Below, piece by piece: positions 9,746-21,614 of a DNA stretch of 64,000 bases. The stretch lies in assembly GCA_000004985.1 (NCBI GenBank), contig GG738914.1. One strand, written 5' to 3'. The position numbers were made by a program, and so were the translations under genes. This stretch comes from Naegleria gruberi. Lineage: Eukaryota. Position 1 is the first letter of the stretch; each line of letters opens with the position of its first letter. The notes beneath the pieces were generated by a model. The model had not been told where the DNA came from. It was given only the letters and a program-made list of their open reading frames with translations, and did not search any database.

Positions 9746-11378
9746 TTACATTTTAACCCTCTTTGTGGGTGATACAAACTCGTCTAAAACTTCTTCAAAT
9801 TGCACTCTCTTCGTTGAAAAATTAATATCAACATCTGAGAATGAGTGCTCACTATTTACAAGTTGACTATACAATTGATTATAAAAGAATGACATATCCT
9901 TAGTTTCACACGACCTAAAGTAAGCAATGGTATGAAACGAACCGCATGACATTTCAAGTTTGGCATTTCTTCTCTTATTAACTTCATTTTCCAATAGGAG
10001 AACTCTTGCAGGCGCAGAAATGCAAGATCTGAAACAATCATCAGCTCCACAGGGACAAGACTTTCCATTACTTTCACAGCTATGAGTTGTTGGATCCAAG
10101 CATAATTCTCCCTGACAATTACTACCACAAACATAAACATGACCTTGCTTGGTTACCATAATCGTCCTATTTGTACCATAAATCTTTTCTGCCTCAATTT
10201 GAGAAAGTAAAGGTGATTCAGTAAACCTCTTATAGGCAAGCAAATCATCTGATCCCACTCCCAAACTGCCACAATAATTTACTCCAGAAACATACATTAC
10301 ATCATTGTGTGTACAAAGAAACGTCGACAAATAAGCCATGTGCATTAACTTGAATGATTTAAGCAAATCATCACCATATTCTGTTACAATGAGTTTACCA
10401 TTCTTGTCCATAAAACTCTTCTTCTTGAACTTTCTTCGTTCTAATTCAATTGGAGAGCAACAACAAGGACAAGAGATCCACACTTCACCTGAATTCATCA
10501 ATATACCAGTGTGAAACAGACCAACTTGAATATCTTGAATGGAATTCTTTGTATTGTTTTTCAATGAGGAGGCGTAAAGGTTTGGAATGTCTATTTTTTG
10601 GAATGAGTATTTCTCTAGTTTCTTTTGTGAACTTATGATTGGTTTGTAGCTTGTATTTTGTTGTTGTTGATGTACATTACATTGGTGGCTATTATCTCCA
10701 CAAACATATAATTGTTCTGTCTCAAATAGAATAAAAGTTGACTGCCAACCACAACTTATCAGTTTAACTGGAAGATTTTCACCTGGTATTAATGTGCTAC
10801 TACTACTACTACTTCCATTTGTTGTTGCTTTTTGCTGTATTGATACTCTTGTTGGAATTGAAACACGTTGATTCATACAATCCCCTATACCTATTTGCCC
10901 AATTTTGTTCTTACCAAAACTATAGATATGATGTTCTTCAGTCTCTATAAAGGAATAATCACCTCCACAGTAGATATTCCTAATGGGTGGACATGGCCTT
11001 CTTTCCTCACCTACATATTCCAAATATTGAGGTTCTTCTATTGGATCAAAGTGATATAATCCTAATTGTCCATTCTATCAAAATGATTAGAGTTTACAAA
11101 AAATTCAAACTTACCTTATTCTTCCCAGCTACAATTACTCTTTTATCCCTTGTTAAGAATAAGGAATGAAAATCTCCACTCGCAACTTTAATAATTTCAT
11201 TGGTTTCTAATAAATAATGATGTCTTGTAAATTGAGCATCGGTGCTTGCTCCGAAATAATATGATTCAAATTTTTTAGCCTTAGTATTTGAAGGTTTTTG
11301 TAGGCAATGATGAAATGAATCATTACCAAAGAAGAATAAATTTCCAGCTAGATTTGATTGTCCTTTGTTTTTCCTCAT
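9746..11378 (-). CDS. RCC1-repeat (regulator of chromosome condensation-like) protein, 2 exons (11115-11378; 9746-11074) with a 40-nt intron
   Basis: Exon 1 reads MRKNKGQSNLAGNLFFFGNDSFHHC...VASGDFHSLFLTRDKRVIVAGKNK|gtaagt. Exon 2 reads NGQLGLYHFDP...YCGGDYSFIETEEHHIYSFGKNKIGQIGIGD...YVCGDNSHQ..., with repeated G-x-N-x-x-GQLG and hydrophobic beta-blade motifs typical of RCC1 blades. The frame is continuous across the junction. Confidence 0.6.
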
Positions 11379-11744
11379 TGACTTGGGTTTTTCTTGAAGA
11401 GAATTTTCTCCGAGGGATAATAATGAAGGTAATACACGATTGCATTTGTGATGATTGTTTTACTTCACTCATCATCTGATAAAGAACGGCAAATCGGTAT
11501 TTGATGAATTGATAATAATAATATTGATGATGGAGAGAATGGAAAAACCAAGGGAAGTGGACAGGATGATGTATTTTTTCTTGTTAAATTTTATGGTCGT
11601 GAAGAGTTTCGCCATCGAAAGAATTAAACCGCCTCTTGTCGCCTAAATAGTTTTTTTTAAAACTGTAGTTGGCACTAATATTCGGCATTTATTTACTTGG
11701 TGCAATCCTATCGGAATGTCTTTCAGACTATCAAGTTGGAATTA

Positions 11745-14700
11745 TTACAACTGATAGTCTGTGGCCATATTATTATTACTGTTGTTATTATGATTGATAA
11801 GAACACCGCTGTTATTATTGCCATTCGTAATAACATATCCATTATTCATAATTGAGGAACTGTTTGTACTCATCATGCTTGATGTTAAGGGAATCATTGA
11901 GGAGTTACCAGAAGTTCTATACATTGATTGTGGAGTAGGTAAAAATTGATGAGCTGACGAAGAGGATGGTGTTTGAGTTGGGAGAGATGGAGCATAACCA
12001 GACGGATTATAGCCACCACCATTAATCGGCTGAATGGAAAATCCTCCGTTATTTTGGACTGGGAGATTAACTTGTGAAACATACATAAAGGGGTTTGAAA
12101 ACGATTGTGGACCACCATTCAATGTTGGAACTGTTGAGGATGATGCAAAATTGGATTGATTTGCAGAGCCTTGAACTTGCATTACATTATGTGCCACCTC
12201 ATTAATTTTGAAAAATTCTTCTTGTAAAGTTTCTGCTGGTTTTAATCTTTGTTGAGGATCATAGTGGAGAATCTTGGTGACAACATTGTAAAGTTTAAGG
12301 TAATTCTCAAATGTTTCAAATGGGCAAGAGTATGGTGAAACATGTCTCTTTGGTGAAATATTAATAATAATATCATAAAGTGAAATTGAGGATGGTACAA
12401 TTGTTGAATCAAGAGGTTCGTATTGTCCTATAGAGGAATTAAACTTGAAGAATTTGTCCTTCTTTGGAGATTGTTCAATCATTTTTCTTGGTGGCATTCC
12501 TAATAACTGAATAATTTTGAATATCTGATCAGCTTCATTTTTTCCATCAAATAATGGATTACCTGTGTGCAATTCAACAAGAATACACCCATAACTCCAC
12601 ATATCAATTTCTGTTCCATAAGGTAACCCCAATATTACCTCAGGCGATCTATAAAATCTACTTTGAATATATTTATACATCTTGTTATTTACGTAACAAG
12701 AACTTCCAAAATCTATAACTTTGATACTCGTTTTCTTTGAATTTTTCAACAAAATATTTTCAGGTTTTAAATCACAATGAATAACTTGTACATCTGGTCT
12801 TGAAAGGAAGCACAATGTACGAAGTAATTCTTTTCCAAATCTATAGATTCTCAATAAAGATATTCCATTAAAGTTTGTTGCTTTTAACAAATCGTAAAGA
12901 TTCATCGAAAGAAGCTCAAAAACAATGCAAAGATGGTTCTTCCATGCAAAATAGTGTTTCATCCTTACAATATTGTTCTTACCATCAGTATCTTTTGAGT
13001 TCAAGTCTTTCAACAACCCAATCTCTATTTGGGCTTGGCTATGAAATTGTGGCTTATTTTTGATAATTTTAACTGCCACACTTTCATCATTGACGCAGTC
13101 ATATGCTTTTACAACAATTCCAAAAGATCCTTTACCCATAATTTCTTCGACTAAATACCTTTCATTGATCAGTTCACTCAATTTAACAATATAATTTCCT
13201 TGAGAGTCTGAAGAACTTTGACTTACAGATGGTTGAGGTACATTAATAGGTTGTTGGTAGAAATTCTGATTATTAGAATTATTTGAAGCAATGTTAGGTA
13301 CTTGATTCTTTGGATATTGTTCTTGTTGAGTATATGGAGGTGGAGGTTGTAATATTTGGGAATGCATTAGTGAATTGTTGTTATACTGTGGAGGGTTATA
13401 TGTGTTTGTTGGTTGGTAGTTATACAATTGTACTGGGTTATTACTGAAATTCGATGAGCTATACATTAATGGTTGACTATATTGTTGTTGAGAAGGAATG
13501 TCTTGTTGGTAATTTGGGTTATTAGCAACTTCAGGGTATGGATTACTTTGATAAAGGCTTGTTGTCAATTGAGTGCTTCCAATATTTGGTAACGTTTGAG
13601 ATGGATATCCATTCTTTTGTGGATCCACATATTGACTTGATGAATAGGTTTTTCTTTGTTTTGATGATGGTGTTGATTGAGATGATTTTCCATTTTTTAA
13701 ATGTCTCAATCTTCTTTCCTCTTGTTTTCTAGTATAGTAAATGTCATTAATAGTTTTGTATGTTTTCAAGACGTTAACTGATAATTTGATAGTATTCGAT
13801 TCCTTTCTCTTTTGAGATAAAGTGTTGTCGATGAGTGTTGATGTTGGTGTTGCCAAAACTTTTTGGTAATGTGCATCGGATCTTTGATTAATTACTTTAG
13901 GTTTCAATAGAATTTTGTTTGTGTTACTCGAATAGCTATTATTTTGAATGTTTGGTGTCTGATTCATAATTAAACCTCCATTTGAGGAGTTACTATTTCT
14001 CATAATCACATCTGCGTTACTACTACCTGAAGGTATTGAGTTTTGTGAATTCAAATTATTTATACTTCCACCATTTGTAAAATTGGAATAGAATAATGAT
14101 TGATGCGTCGAAGATCTATTATTTTGAGGTTGTTGATAGTATTTTGAAGATGGAATAGATTGTTCAACATCTGAAAGAGTCAGTATAGAAGTGACAATAT
14201 CACGATTATTATTATTGCTATTTCTATGTTGATAGATATTTGGAGTATTTGGTTGTTGATAAGTCGAAGAAGCTAAATCGGAATAAAGAGAAACACTAAC
14301 TTGAGAGTTGGAATAGGGAGGAACATTTTGTAACTGACTCGGAATGATAAGACCATCATGATTTGGTATCGAATTATTTACTATAGAATGTTGTTGATAT
14401 GTTGATGGTATTGATTTATCATATTGAATATTGGAAGTGTTGACTAAAGGGATAGAATTTAAATTATTGGATATATTGTTACTGTTATTCATAGAGTGAG
14501 GTGTTATATAATTATTATTATTTGGTGCTGTAGTAAGTACGTTACTATTAGAAAGCAATAAATTTGATCCACCATTGTTACTGTATTGATGTTGTTGTTG
14601 ATGTGATGGTGGTATATGATGATAGAATTGAGAAGGAAATTGTTGATAATTTTGTTGGAAGGATGATGAATTAGGATTATTGATGATCATATTATTGTTG

Positions 14701-14786
14701 TATATTGTAGACTGACTATTAGTTCCAAATACAGATGTTGGTGGTAGAATTGCAAATGTTGATGAAGGAGATGATGTTCTTGCCAT
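11745..14786 (-). CDS. DYRK-family dual-specificity protein kinase with long Q/N/S-rich N- and C-terminal extensions
   Basis: 1013 aa. Kinase core motifs are YLVEEIMGKGSFGIVVKAYD, VAVKIIKNK, HCDLKPENILL and DFGSS. The activation loop YKYIQSRFYRSPEVILGLPY is the DYRK signature. DMWSYGCIL is also present. Confidence 0.85.
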   Translation of the reverse strand: MARTSSPSSTFAILPPTSVFGTNSQSTIYNNNMIINNPNSSSFQQNYQQFPSQFYHHIPPSHQQQHQYSNNGGSNLLLSNSNVLTTAPNNNNYITPHSMNNSNNISNNLNSIPLVNTSNIQYDKSIPSTYQQHSIVNNSIPNHDGLIIPSQLQNVPPYSNSQVSVSLYSDLASSTYQQPNTPNIYQHRNSNNNNRDIVTSILTLSDVEQSIPSSKYYQQPQNNRSSTHQSLFYSNFTNGGSINNLNSQNSIPSGSSNADVIMRNSNSSNGGLIMNQTPNIQNNSYSSNTNKILLKPKVINQRSDAHYQKVLATPTSTLIDNTLSQKRKESNTIKLSVNVLKTYKTINDIYYTRKQEERRLRHLKNGKSSQSTPSSKQRKTYSSSQYVDPQKNGYPSQTLPNIGSTQLTTSLYQSNPYPEVANNPNYQQDIPSQQQYSQPLMYSSSNFSNNPVQLYNYQPTNTYNPPQYNNNSLMHSQILQPPPPYTQQEQYPKNQVPNIASNNSNNQNFYQQPINVPQPSVSQSSSDSQGNYIVKLSELINERYLVEEIMGKGSFGIVVKAYDCVNDESVAVKIIKNKPQFHSQAQIEIGLLKDLNSKDTDGKNNIVRMKHYFAWKNHLCIVFELLSMNLYDLLKATNFNGISLLRIYRFGKELLRTLCFLSRPDVQVIHCDLKPENILLKNSKKTSIKVIDFGSSCYVNNKMYKYIQSRFYRSPEVILGLPYGTEIDMWSYGCILVELHTGNPLFDGKNEADQIFKIIQLLGMPPRKMIEQSPKKDKFFKFNSSIGQYEPLDSTIVPSSISLYDIIINISPKRHVSPYSCPFETFENYLKLYNVVTKILHYDPQQRLKPAETLQEEFFKINEVAHNVMQVQGSANQSNFASSSTVPTLNGGPQSFSNPFMYVSQVNLPVQNNGGFSIQPINGGGYNPSGYAPSLPTQTPSSSSAHQFLPTPQSMYRTSGNSSMIPLTSSMMSTNSSSIMNNGYVITNGNNNSGVLINHNNNSNNNMATDYQL

Positions 14787-15562
14787 ATTATATAAACTAC
14801 TACTATAACGTTCTCTTCTCGTCCCAATCTTTTTTCTAGGCTTTAAAGAGATGATATTTTGGATCGGATCAAAACTTATTATTCAATTAATTGTTTGTCC
14901 CTATTTTCATTAGAAAATAGTAAAAACAATCTATACAAATGATCTCCAAGTGTACTTTTTCTTATTGGTATCACCGATTGATAGATAATTATGAACAATA
15001 AAATGGAAACAACAACTCTGAAAACAACAATATGAGGCCTATCAATAACAATAACCGTAATTTTTTTGTGTTGGAATAAAAAAAGATTTGTCAAGAATCA
15101 GAAATTGCTTGATCATTGGAAGACTGTCATGGTGGTACCTGAGAAATGTTGAGCTCTTTTATTGGTACTTTTCAGATGGATAACAGAAGAACAAATGATG
15201 AATTTTCATTGCCTAGAGTTTGTATTATACAAACTTTTACTTGAATGTGGTGATGGAATAATTATAAATTCCAATAAGGTCATTTCCAATAGATGTCAAC
15301 GATGCAACCACAGTCCATCAAAGTAAAGAACTTCTTTGATTTAATCGTTGGAAACTGACAACAATCATTCAGAGAGATCGAAAGATAACTGATTAACTGA
15401 TTTCCCAGTGATTGAGGTAATTGTTCAAGGAAATTCTTTTGGTCGTGATGTCAGATTGATAAACAACTTCAAATTGTTGTATAGGATGAGATGGTTGTTT
15501 TTTCTTTGGAGTTTATGTTTGTTTATTAGATAAGAATAATTTTGTGAATGAATTCAACAGAA

Positions 15563-16699
15563 TTAGTCAAATTCTAATAAGGTCATTTCTGGTTGACATG
15601 CTAATCTGATTCCAAAGTGACCTCCTACTCCTCTGTTAATGTTAAAAAAGGATTTTCCTTCCCTTAAACTCATTGTTTGTCTGTGACTCTCTAATAATGG
15701 AACCAAATGATTATTTTCATTTGTTTCAAACATTCCTTCATTCCAATCCCAATTATCTATTGGATTTTTGAATTTCATTGATTTTAAAAGAAACTGAATA
15801 ACTGATTCTGGTAATTTTTGGAAAATAAACTGGACGATACTCCAACCAAATATTTTGAATTGACCTGCATGAGTATGACCTGTCAATAGTACGTCTGTTT
15901 GTACTCCCTTACAGTTCTCATATTTTGGAATTTTACCTTGTTTCTCAATTAAACAACTTGCACTATCTGGAACATGTGACATAACTATGTGTGTTGAATT
16001 GTTTGTAATCTTTGGGTTCTTTGAAATCAAGTTAGCAAGACGAACTGGATTGAAATCATCCTTGTGATAATCTGGTAATCCAATTATTACTATATCATTA
16101 TCCTCATCATAATAATATTCATTATCCAATACAACTGTCATATTGCCATATTCAAGAACTTGTTTCAAAAAATGTCTCTGTCCTGTGTGTAAATCATGAT
16201 TACCAAATACAGAATAGATCCTTTGCTTTGTATCATTGTGAATCTGTTGCAAAGCTATCTTCATTGGTTTAAGAATGTCATTAACAATTCCACGAGATGA
16301 ATGAATAACCTCACCATGTACAAAATCGCCTGTTATTAACACATAGTCTGGTTTTTCTTCTAGAATTTTTTGAATCATTTCATTTTCTAAATGTTGAGGA
16401 AGTGTAGGTGGATCCTCGAATGCATCATAATGCAAATCTGTAAATTGTGCAATTTTGATGGGTTTTGCATTTTCTCTCCTCGTTTTGATAGAATACTTGA
16501 TGACTTCAATATGTTGCAGGTGTTGGGTTTTTTTAGAGATGAATCTAGCAAGTTGATGAAGATGATGGGTATTTATTTTGTATGGTTTGAGTTTGTTTTT
16601 CAATTCGGGATTGCTAATTATCAAATCCGTATATTGTGTTAGAGAATAAGTACTGATAAGGAGTAACAAGGAAAAGAAGAGGAAGAGAAATTTGTTCAT
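15563..16699 (-). CDS. calcineurin-like metallophosphoesterase with an N-terminal signal peptide
   Basis: 378 aa. Hydrophobic N-terminus MNKFLFLFFSLLLLISTYS, then the metallophosphatase motifs ITGDFVHGE, GNHD and TGHTHAGQ. Confidence 0.8.
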   Translation of the reverse strand: MNKFLFLFFSLLLLISTYSLTQYTDLIISNPELKNKLKPYKINTHHLHQLARFISKKTQHLQHIEVIKYSIKTRRENAKPIKIAQFTDLHYDAFEDPPTLPQHLENEMIQKILEEKPDYVLITGDFVHGEVIHSSRGIVNDILKPMKIALQQIHNDTKQRIYSVFGNHDLHTGQRHFLKQVLEYGNMTVVLDNEYYYDEDNDIVIIGLPDYHKDDFNPVRLANLISKNPKITNNSTHIVMSHVPDSASCLIEKQGKIPKYENCKGVQTDVLLTGHTHAGQFKIFGWSIVQFIFQKLPESVIQFLLKSMKFKNPIDNWDWNEGMFETNENNHLVPLLESHRQTMSLREGKSFFNINRGVGGHFGIRLACQPEMTLLEFD

Positions 16700-17979
16700 T
16701 TTTTTTAAAGTTAAGAAACAAACATGTATGGCTTAGTCAATTTGTAACTTAGAGAATTGAAAACACGTGTTTATTGAGAAGAAGTCATTTCAATAACACG
16801 TTGTTTTATTGATGTATTAAAAAATTGTAAACTCATACATTCAGAAATCATTGAATACAATGAAATAGATGATCTTGTTTTTTAAGGTGAAAGGATTCTC
16901 GAACAACAATAATGAGGAGGTATCTTTGTATTGATTGAATCTCTGTTGTATGAACATGAATTGATTGCATTGATACAAACCGAAGAGGAGAAAATAGAGA
17001 TCAAAAAAGTTAATTACACTTCTACTCCAGGTTTGAGGATGCTCTCGATTTGTTGATCAGAATTAAAAAAAAAAGAACAACACTTGAGGTTGATAATATG
17101 GTCAACACAACAATTATCATCATCTACAACTTCTCAATGGAAAGCTAAAGTCAATAGACTCAGTTTACTTTAGTTTGATCAATATAGTAATAACAGAATT
17201 CATCAACAAAAACTAGTACAACTGATTTTGATCATTAACTACAACAAAATGTGACACAACAACTCAAAGAGTTTCTTCTTCAACATGAAGTCACACATTG
17301 AGAAAACAACAAAATACCACTCTTATTATAAAAATCTTCCTTTGAGTTTACAAAATATTACAGCAACAACTACAAGGCAACCAAGGTGAAGACAATTTGA
17401 TGGCTGGACTTCACGCAAGACACAAAATCGAACTTGCTATCCATAAAAGTCTCTTTGGATTTTGGCGGGAAGGGCACTAACAAGTTCAAATCGATTTTCT
17501 TCACACAACGTTCAATGACTCACTTCAATTTTGTTTCCCTCCTTTCATCAATCTAATAATATTTATAAAAAAATCAAACAGTTCCCGCGCAAGTGCTGAT
17601 CTTCATTGAATTATTAATTTGTTCTTTGTTACGTTGAACCCTTCAATAGCAGAGCAGAGAAGAAGAGAAATCCTTTTTGTATATTTATCCATCCAACTGA
17701 CATTAATTTCCACAACAATCTGATCAATTACTACCAACAAAAGTTATTGATTTTAATCCTTTCTGTATTCTATTCATCCAAATTCCTAATCATCAGATTT
17801 TTATTGGTAGTTTTTTGATCAAACAACTCCAATCTGTTCCATAGTTTAAAATCCTAATCACTAATATTCAAACTGACTCTGTAGTATATAATCCCAAGGT
17901 TCTAACCTTTGTATTTTAACAAATCCACAACAACACATTCTGTATTCACCACACACCAACCATTTGTACATATATCAAA

Positions 17980-19204
17980 ATGCTCCAAACTTTAAACAAC
18001 AACAACAACAACATTATTAACAATAATGGTGAGTATTGAGTGTAATAACTATTCGATCTAATGCGCGCCCAAAGCCATGTATATTAATCCTAAAAAGAAG
18101 GTTCTCTCAAAATGGTGTGCCAACCATGGTGTGAGTCCAAACACTTCTTCCTCTATGGTAGTTAACACTACCACTACTGCTGTGGGTAATATCAAGATTG
18201 AAGATACTACCACTAATCCTTGTACAATTTCCAACTATTCAATGTATTCTCCAACTGCTCCTCACCTTTCCCTTCCTTCCCAATCACACATTGACAATAT
18301 TTCAGATTCTTGGAAAGTTGTTCAACGTGATGAAGATTATTTCAAGAGAAATAACTGTAGATTAAGTACTTCCATATCATTGACTTATTCAAGAGAAGAC
18401 AGTTCCTGTCTTGAACCACTTGAAAGCGGTAATATCGTCTTGTATTCCTCCCTAAGATATCTTCTCAAACATGATTTCAAGTTGACCTCCTCAACCAATG
18501 TTAACCTTCCACAAATTTTGTTCATGAGAGTTGACCTTATTGGTGGTACCATCAAGGAAAAGATTAATGGTGTCATTTCCCATAGTTCTGAATTGTCTAA
18601 TACCTACCAAAAGGTTTTCAAAGCTGACTCTCGTCTCCAAATTGAAAAGGTTCAATCCTATAAGCAAGCTGTTCACTTTAAGCTTAGTCTCTTTGATTTG
18701 TCTGACTTGGAACATGCTATTTGTGTTTTAGACAGTGTCTCTTTCAATGTATTTGCTAGAAAGAAACAAGATGGTTCCGTTTCTCCAAAGACCAAGAAGA
18801 CTAAGAACAGTGCTACAAAGAGAAGTTTGTCTGCAACTGATGACAATATCAAGTCATCAAAACAACCAAAGGTAGAAGATGCCTTTTGTAACAATATTTC
18901 CAATACTTTTTCCTATGCTCAATCAATTAATGTTACCCCTAGTAGTGTTAATAATGATATGCATCTCTCAGATGGTTCTCTTTCCCTTCTTGCTAACGTT
19001 CTTACTAATCCATCTAACTATTTAGATGATGATGAAGAACCAGAACACAACCTTGAAATTGATGATGGAGAACCAGTCAACTGTGATAATCAACTCCTCT
19101 GTACATATGAACACCAATTGAAAGAATTGATTTCCCATATTTCATATCTTTCTAGTGAAGAAAGAGCTATTGCTCTTCAATCTGCTATTGTTGCCTTGAG
19201 ATAG
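17980..19204 (+). CDS. hypothetical protein, 2 exons (17980-18028; 18075-19204) with a 46-nt GTGAGT..AAAG intron
   Basis: ATG CTC CAA...(AAC)6...AAT AAT G|gtgagt...cccaaag|CC ATG... joins in frame to the 375-aa ORF (MYINPKKK...IVALR*). The acidic C-terminus is DDDEEPEHNLEIDDGEP. No domain recognised. It is preceded by a 1.3 kb ORF-free leader. Confidence 0.5.
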
Positions 19205-19477
19205 ACAACAACAAATAATACCTGTGACAATTTTGTAATTTTGTTTCATCTTGATGCAATTGGGATTTTTTAACTTTGCATTCAAGACTTGTCTATATTG
19301 AATAAATGTAGAGTTTTTTTTGAATTTGATAAAAAACTTTATGAAAAACAAAAGGAATTCTTAAGAAATTGCAATATCTTTATCAACGTTGATTATTAGG
19401 ATGATTCTATTGAATGGAGAGCCTTCTCCCTAGCCTCTTCCTTACGTAATTAAAATTAATTTTAATAATTAAAAAAA

Positions 19478-21592
19478 ATGGCTATCAAAAAATCAACAAC
19501 CTCTACAACATCTTCTGGTGCTTCCTTGCCAGAGGATGAAGCCTTGGTACATAGATTATTACAAGAATCTTTGTCAAATGTAGCCACAACAAGTAATGTT
19601 CATAATTTACAAAAGGATGATCATACTACCGATAGTGAAGAAAATAACAAGTTATGTTTGGAAGCTTTACAAGGACTTCTCTCATCATCTTCATCAGCAT
19701 TGAATACAAACCAAATTGTAGAACAATATACAAAGGTTTACGAGCGTATTCACAGTCCAGCTATCCTTTCCAACAAGGTTCAAATTAAAAATTTAACTGA
19801 ATCAATTTCAAAGGAATCTATTGAAAAGTGTTTTAAATATTTAGAATCACAAAAATCACGCTTGACTTCAGAAAAGGTTAATGTTATGGCTCTTCGTTTC
19901 CATGAAATTTTAATCCATTTAACTTTCTTAGGAAAATCTATTGATATTATTGGTGCAGGTGTTGTTGAAAGTTGGATTCAACCATTGTTAAAACTCTATA
20001 TTGATTCAAATGAACCATCAAAGGAATTGTTAACCTACACTACACAATCTGTTAGATTCTTCTTCAAGATTGTTTCTTCATTCAGAGAAATGGTTAACTA
20101 TGTTGCTAGATCTACATATATTTTTAATATTAATATGGCTAGAAAAAATAGATTAGAAAAGGAAAACAAATCTAATCAAAAGACACCACGTTTGAAGGAA
20201 GATCCAAACAAGACAATTGATCCTGAAGAAGCTATGCTTCAAGAAATGGATAAGGCTGATGAAGAAAAGCTTAAAGAACCAATGATGGATAATGAAAGAG
20301 AAGTTGATGAATATTTTGATGAGGATGAAAATGAACGTTTACTTGAATTTAAAAAGAGAATTATTAATAAGAATATTTTAGGAGTTTTGATTGAAGCTGG
20401 AGAACAAAATATTAAGAATTTGTCCAAATTGGAGGGTGATGATTCTAGTGATATTGCTGTTTGTTATCACTATAACTCGAAATTGATTATTCAAACTCTT
20501 GTTGAACTTTTGGATGTTTCTGTTTCTCAACCAAGATTTGAAGAAATTTCTAATATGGTTGCTGAATTGTCCAAAAACTTCTTGATCAGTTTTATTGATT
20601 ACTATTTTGATAAGGATAGATTAATGCTTGAAAAGGTTCTTTTACTCATTTCATGTTTTGTCAGCAATGAAAAACTTATTCCACTTGTCAATAGCTCAGG
20701 TTTGATTGGAAAGGTTGTTGATTTATTGAAGAAATATGTTGTCAAAGGAGAAGAGGGATCAAAATTCAGTGCCTACATTTGCTCATTATGTTGTTATATT
20801 ATTGGTAGATCATGTATTAAGAATAATTCTGTTGCAACTTCAATTCTCAAAGAATATGGTACTCCAAATAATTATTCTTTGATGACTACCATTTTCAACA
20901 GTTTGATTAAGAATAATAGAGCTTCTACATTGAGTCATATGACATATGCTGCCTTCCTTGCATTCCAAGGTCTTTTATCAGCTGAAGGATCAACACAAGC
21001 AATTCTCGACTTGAATAACGAAATTGATTTTGTCGATCTTTTGATTAAGGATATTAAGTATACTAGAGAAAAAATTGATGTCTATCTTCGTGATATCAGA
21101 TTCCATTCAATGGTTTTGTTAAAGGTTATTTGCAATAGTTTAAATGCTAGTTATGCCAATGCTTCTGAATCCATGAAGCAGGAGATTGCTGCTCTCTTAG
21201 AAAAGATTATTGATTCAGGTGTTATTCAATCAATTTATGAAGTTATTCAAAAGAGTGCTGAAAAGAAAGATAAGAAGAAACAAGACAAGCAATCACAATC
21301 ACACGATTTAAAGGAATTCTGCTTCAATAGATATACCAGATTTGGATGCATTTCTAGTTTGAATACTGTCTTCCAAACCTCAGGAAAATGTAATGATACA
21401 ACTGTGCGAACAAAATTAATTAATCTCATCACATCAGAACAACAAATTGGTGAACTATTCCAATTCCTCAATTATGTAGAATCAAAGAAAGTTCAAAAGA
21501 CAATGAGTCCAAAGAGTATCATGATCATTATTATCATTTTTGCTGTCTTTTTGATTTCTTTACCAGTTATTTTCAACTTTATTAGAAAGTAA
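19478..21592 (+). CDS. hypothetical helical-repeat protein with a C-terminal transmembrane anchor (tail-anchored)
   Basis: 704-aa ORF. The last ~25 residues (MIIIIIFAVFLISLPVIFNFIRK) form a single hydrophobic helix immediately before the stop. The rest is a predicted alpha-helical, Leu-rich protein with no recognisable family. Confidence 0.5.
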   Translation: MAIKKSTTSTTSSGASLPEDEALVHRLLQESLSNVATTSNVHNLQKDDHTTDSEENNKLCLEALQGLLSSSSSALNTNQIVEQYTKVYERIHSPAILSNKVQIKNLTESISKESIEKCFKYLESQKSRLTSEKVNVMALRFHEILIHLTFLGKSIDIIGAGVVESWIQPLLKLYIDSNEPSKELLTYTTQSVRFFFKIVSSFREMVNYVARSTYIFNINMARKNRLEKENKSNQKTPRLKEDPNKTIDPEEAMLQEMDKADEEKLKEPMMDNEREVDEYFDEDENERLLEFKKRIINKNILGVLIEAGEQNIKNLSKLEGDDSSDIAVCYHYNSKLIIQTLVELLDVSVSQPRFEEISNMVAELSKNFLISFIDYYFDKDRLMLEKVLLLISCFVSNEKLIPLVNSSGLIGKVVDLLKKYVVKGEEGSKFSAYICSLCCYIIGRSCIKNNSVATSILKEYGTPNNYSLMTTIFNSLIKNNRASTLSHMTYAAFLAFQGLLSAEGSTQAILDLNNEIDFVDLLIKDIKYTREKIDVYLRDIRFHSMVLLKVICNSLNASYANASESMKQEIAALLEKIIDSGVIQSIYEVIQKSAEKKDKKKQDKQSQSHDLKEFCFNRYTRFGCISSLNTVFQTSGKCNDTTVRTKLINLITSEQQIGELFQFLNYVESKKVQKTMSPKSIMIIIIIFAVFLISLPVIFNFIRK

Positions 21593-21614
21593 ATTGTAAT
21601 TTTTAAAGAATAAT

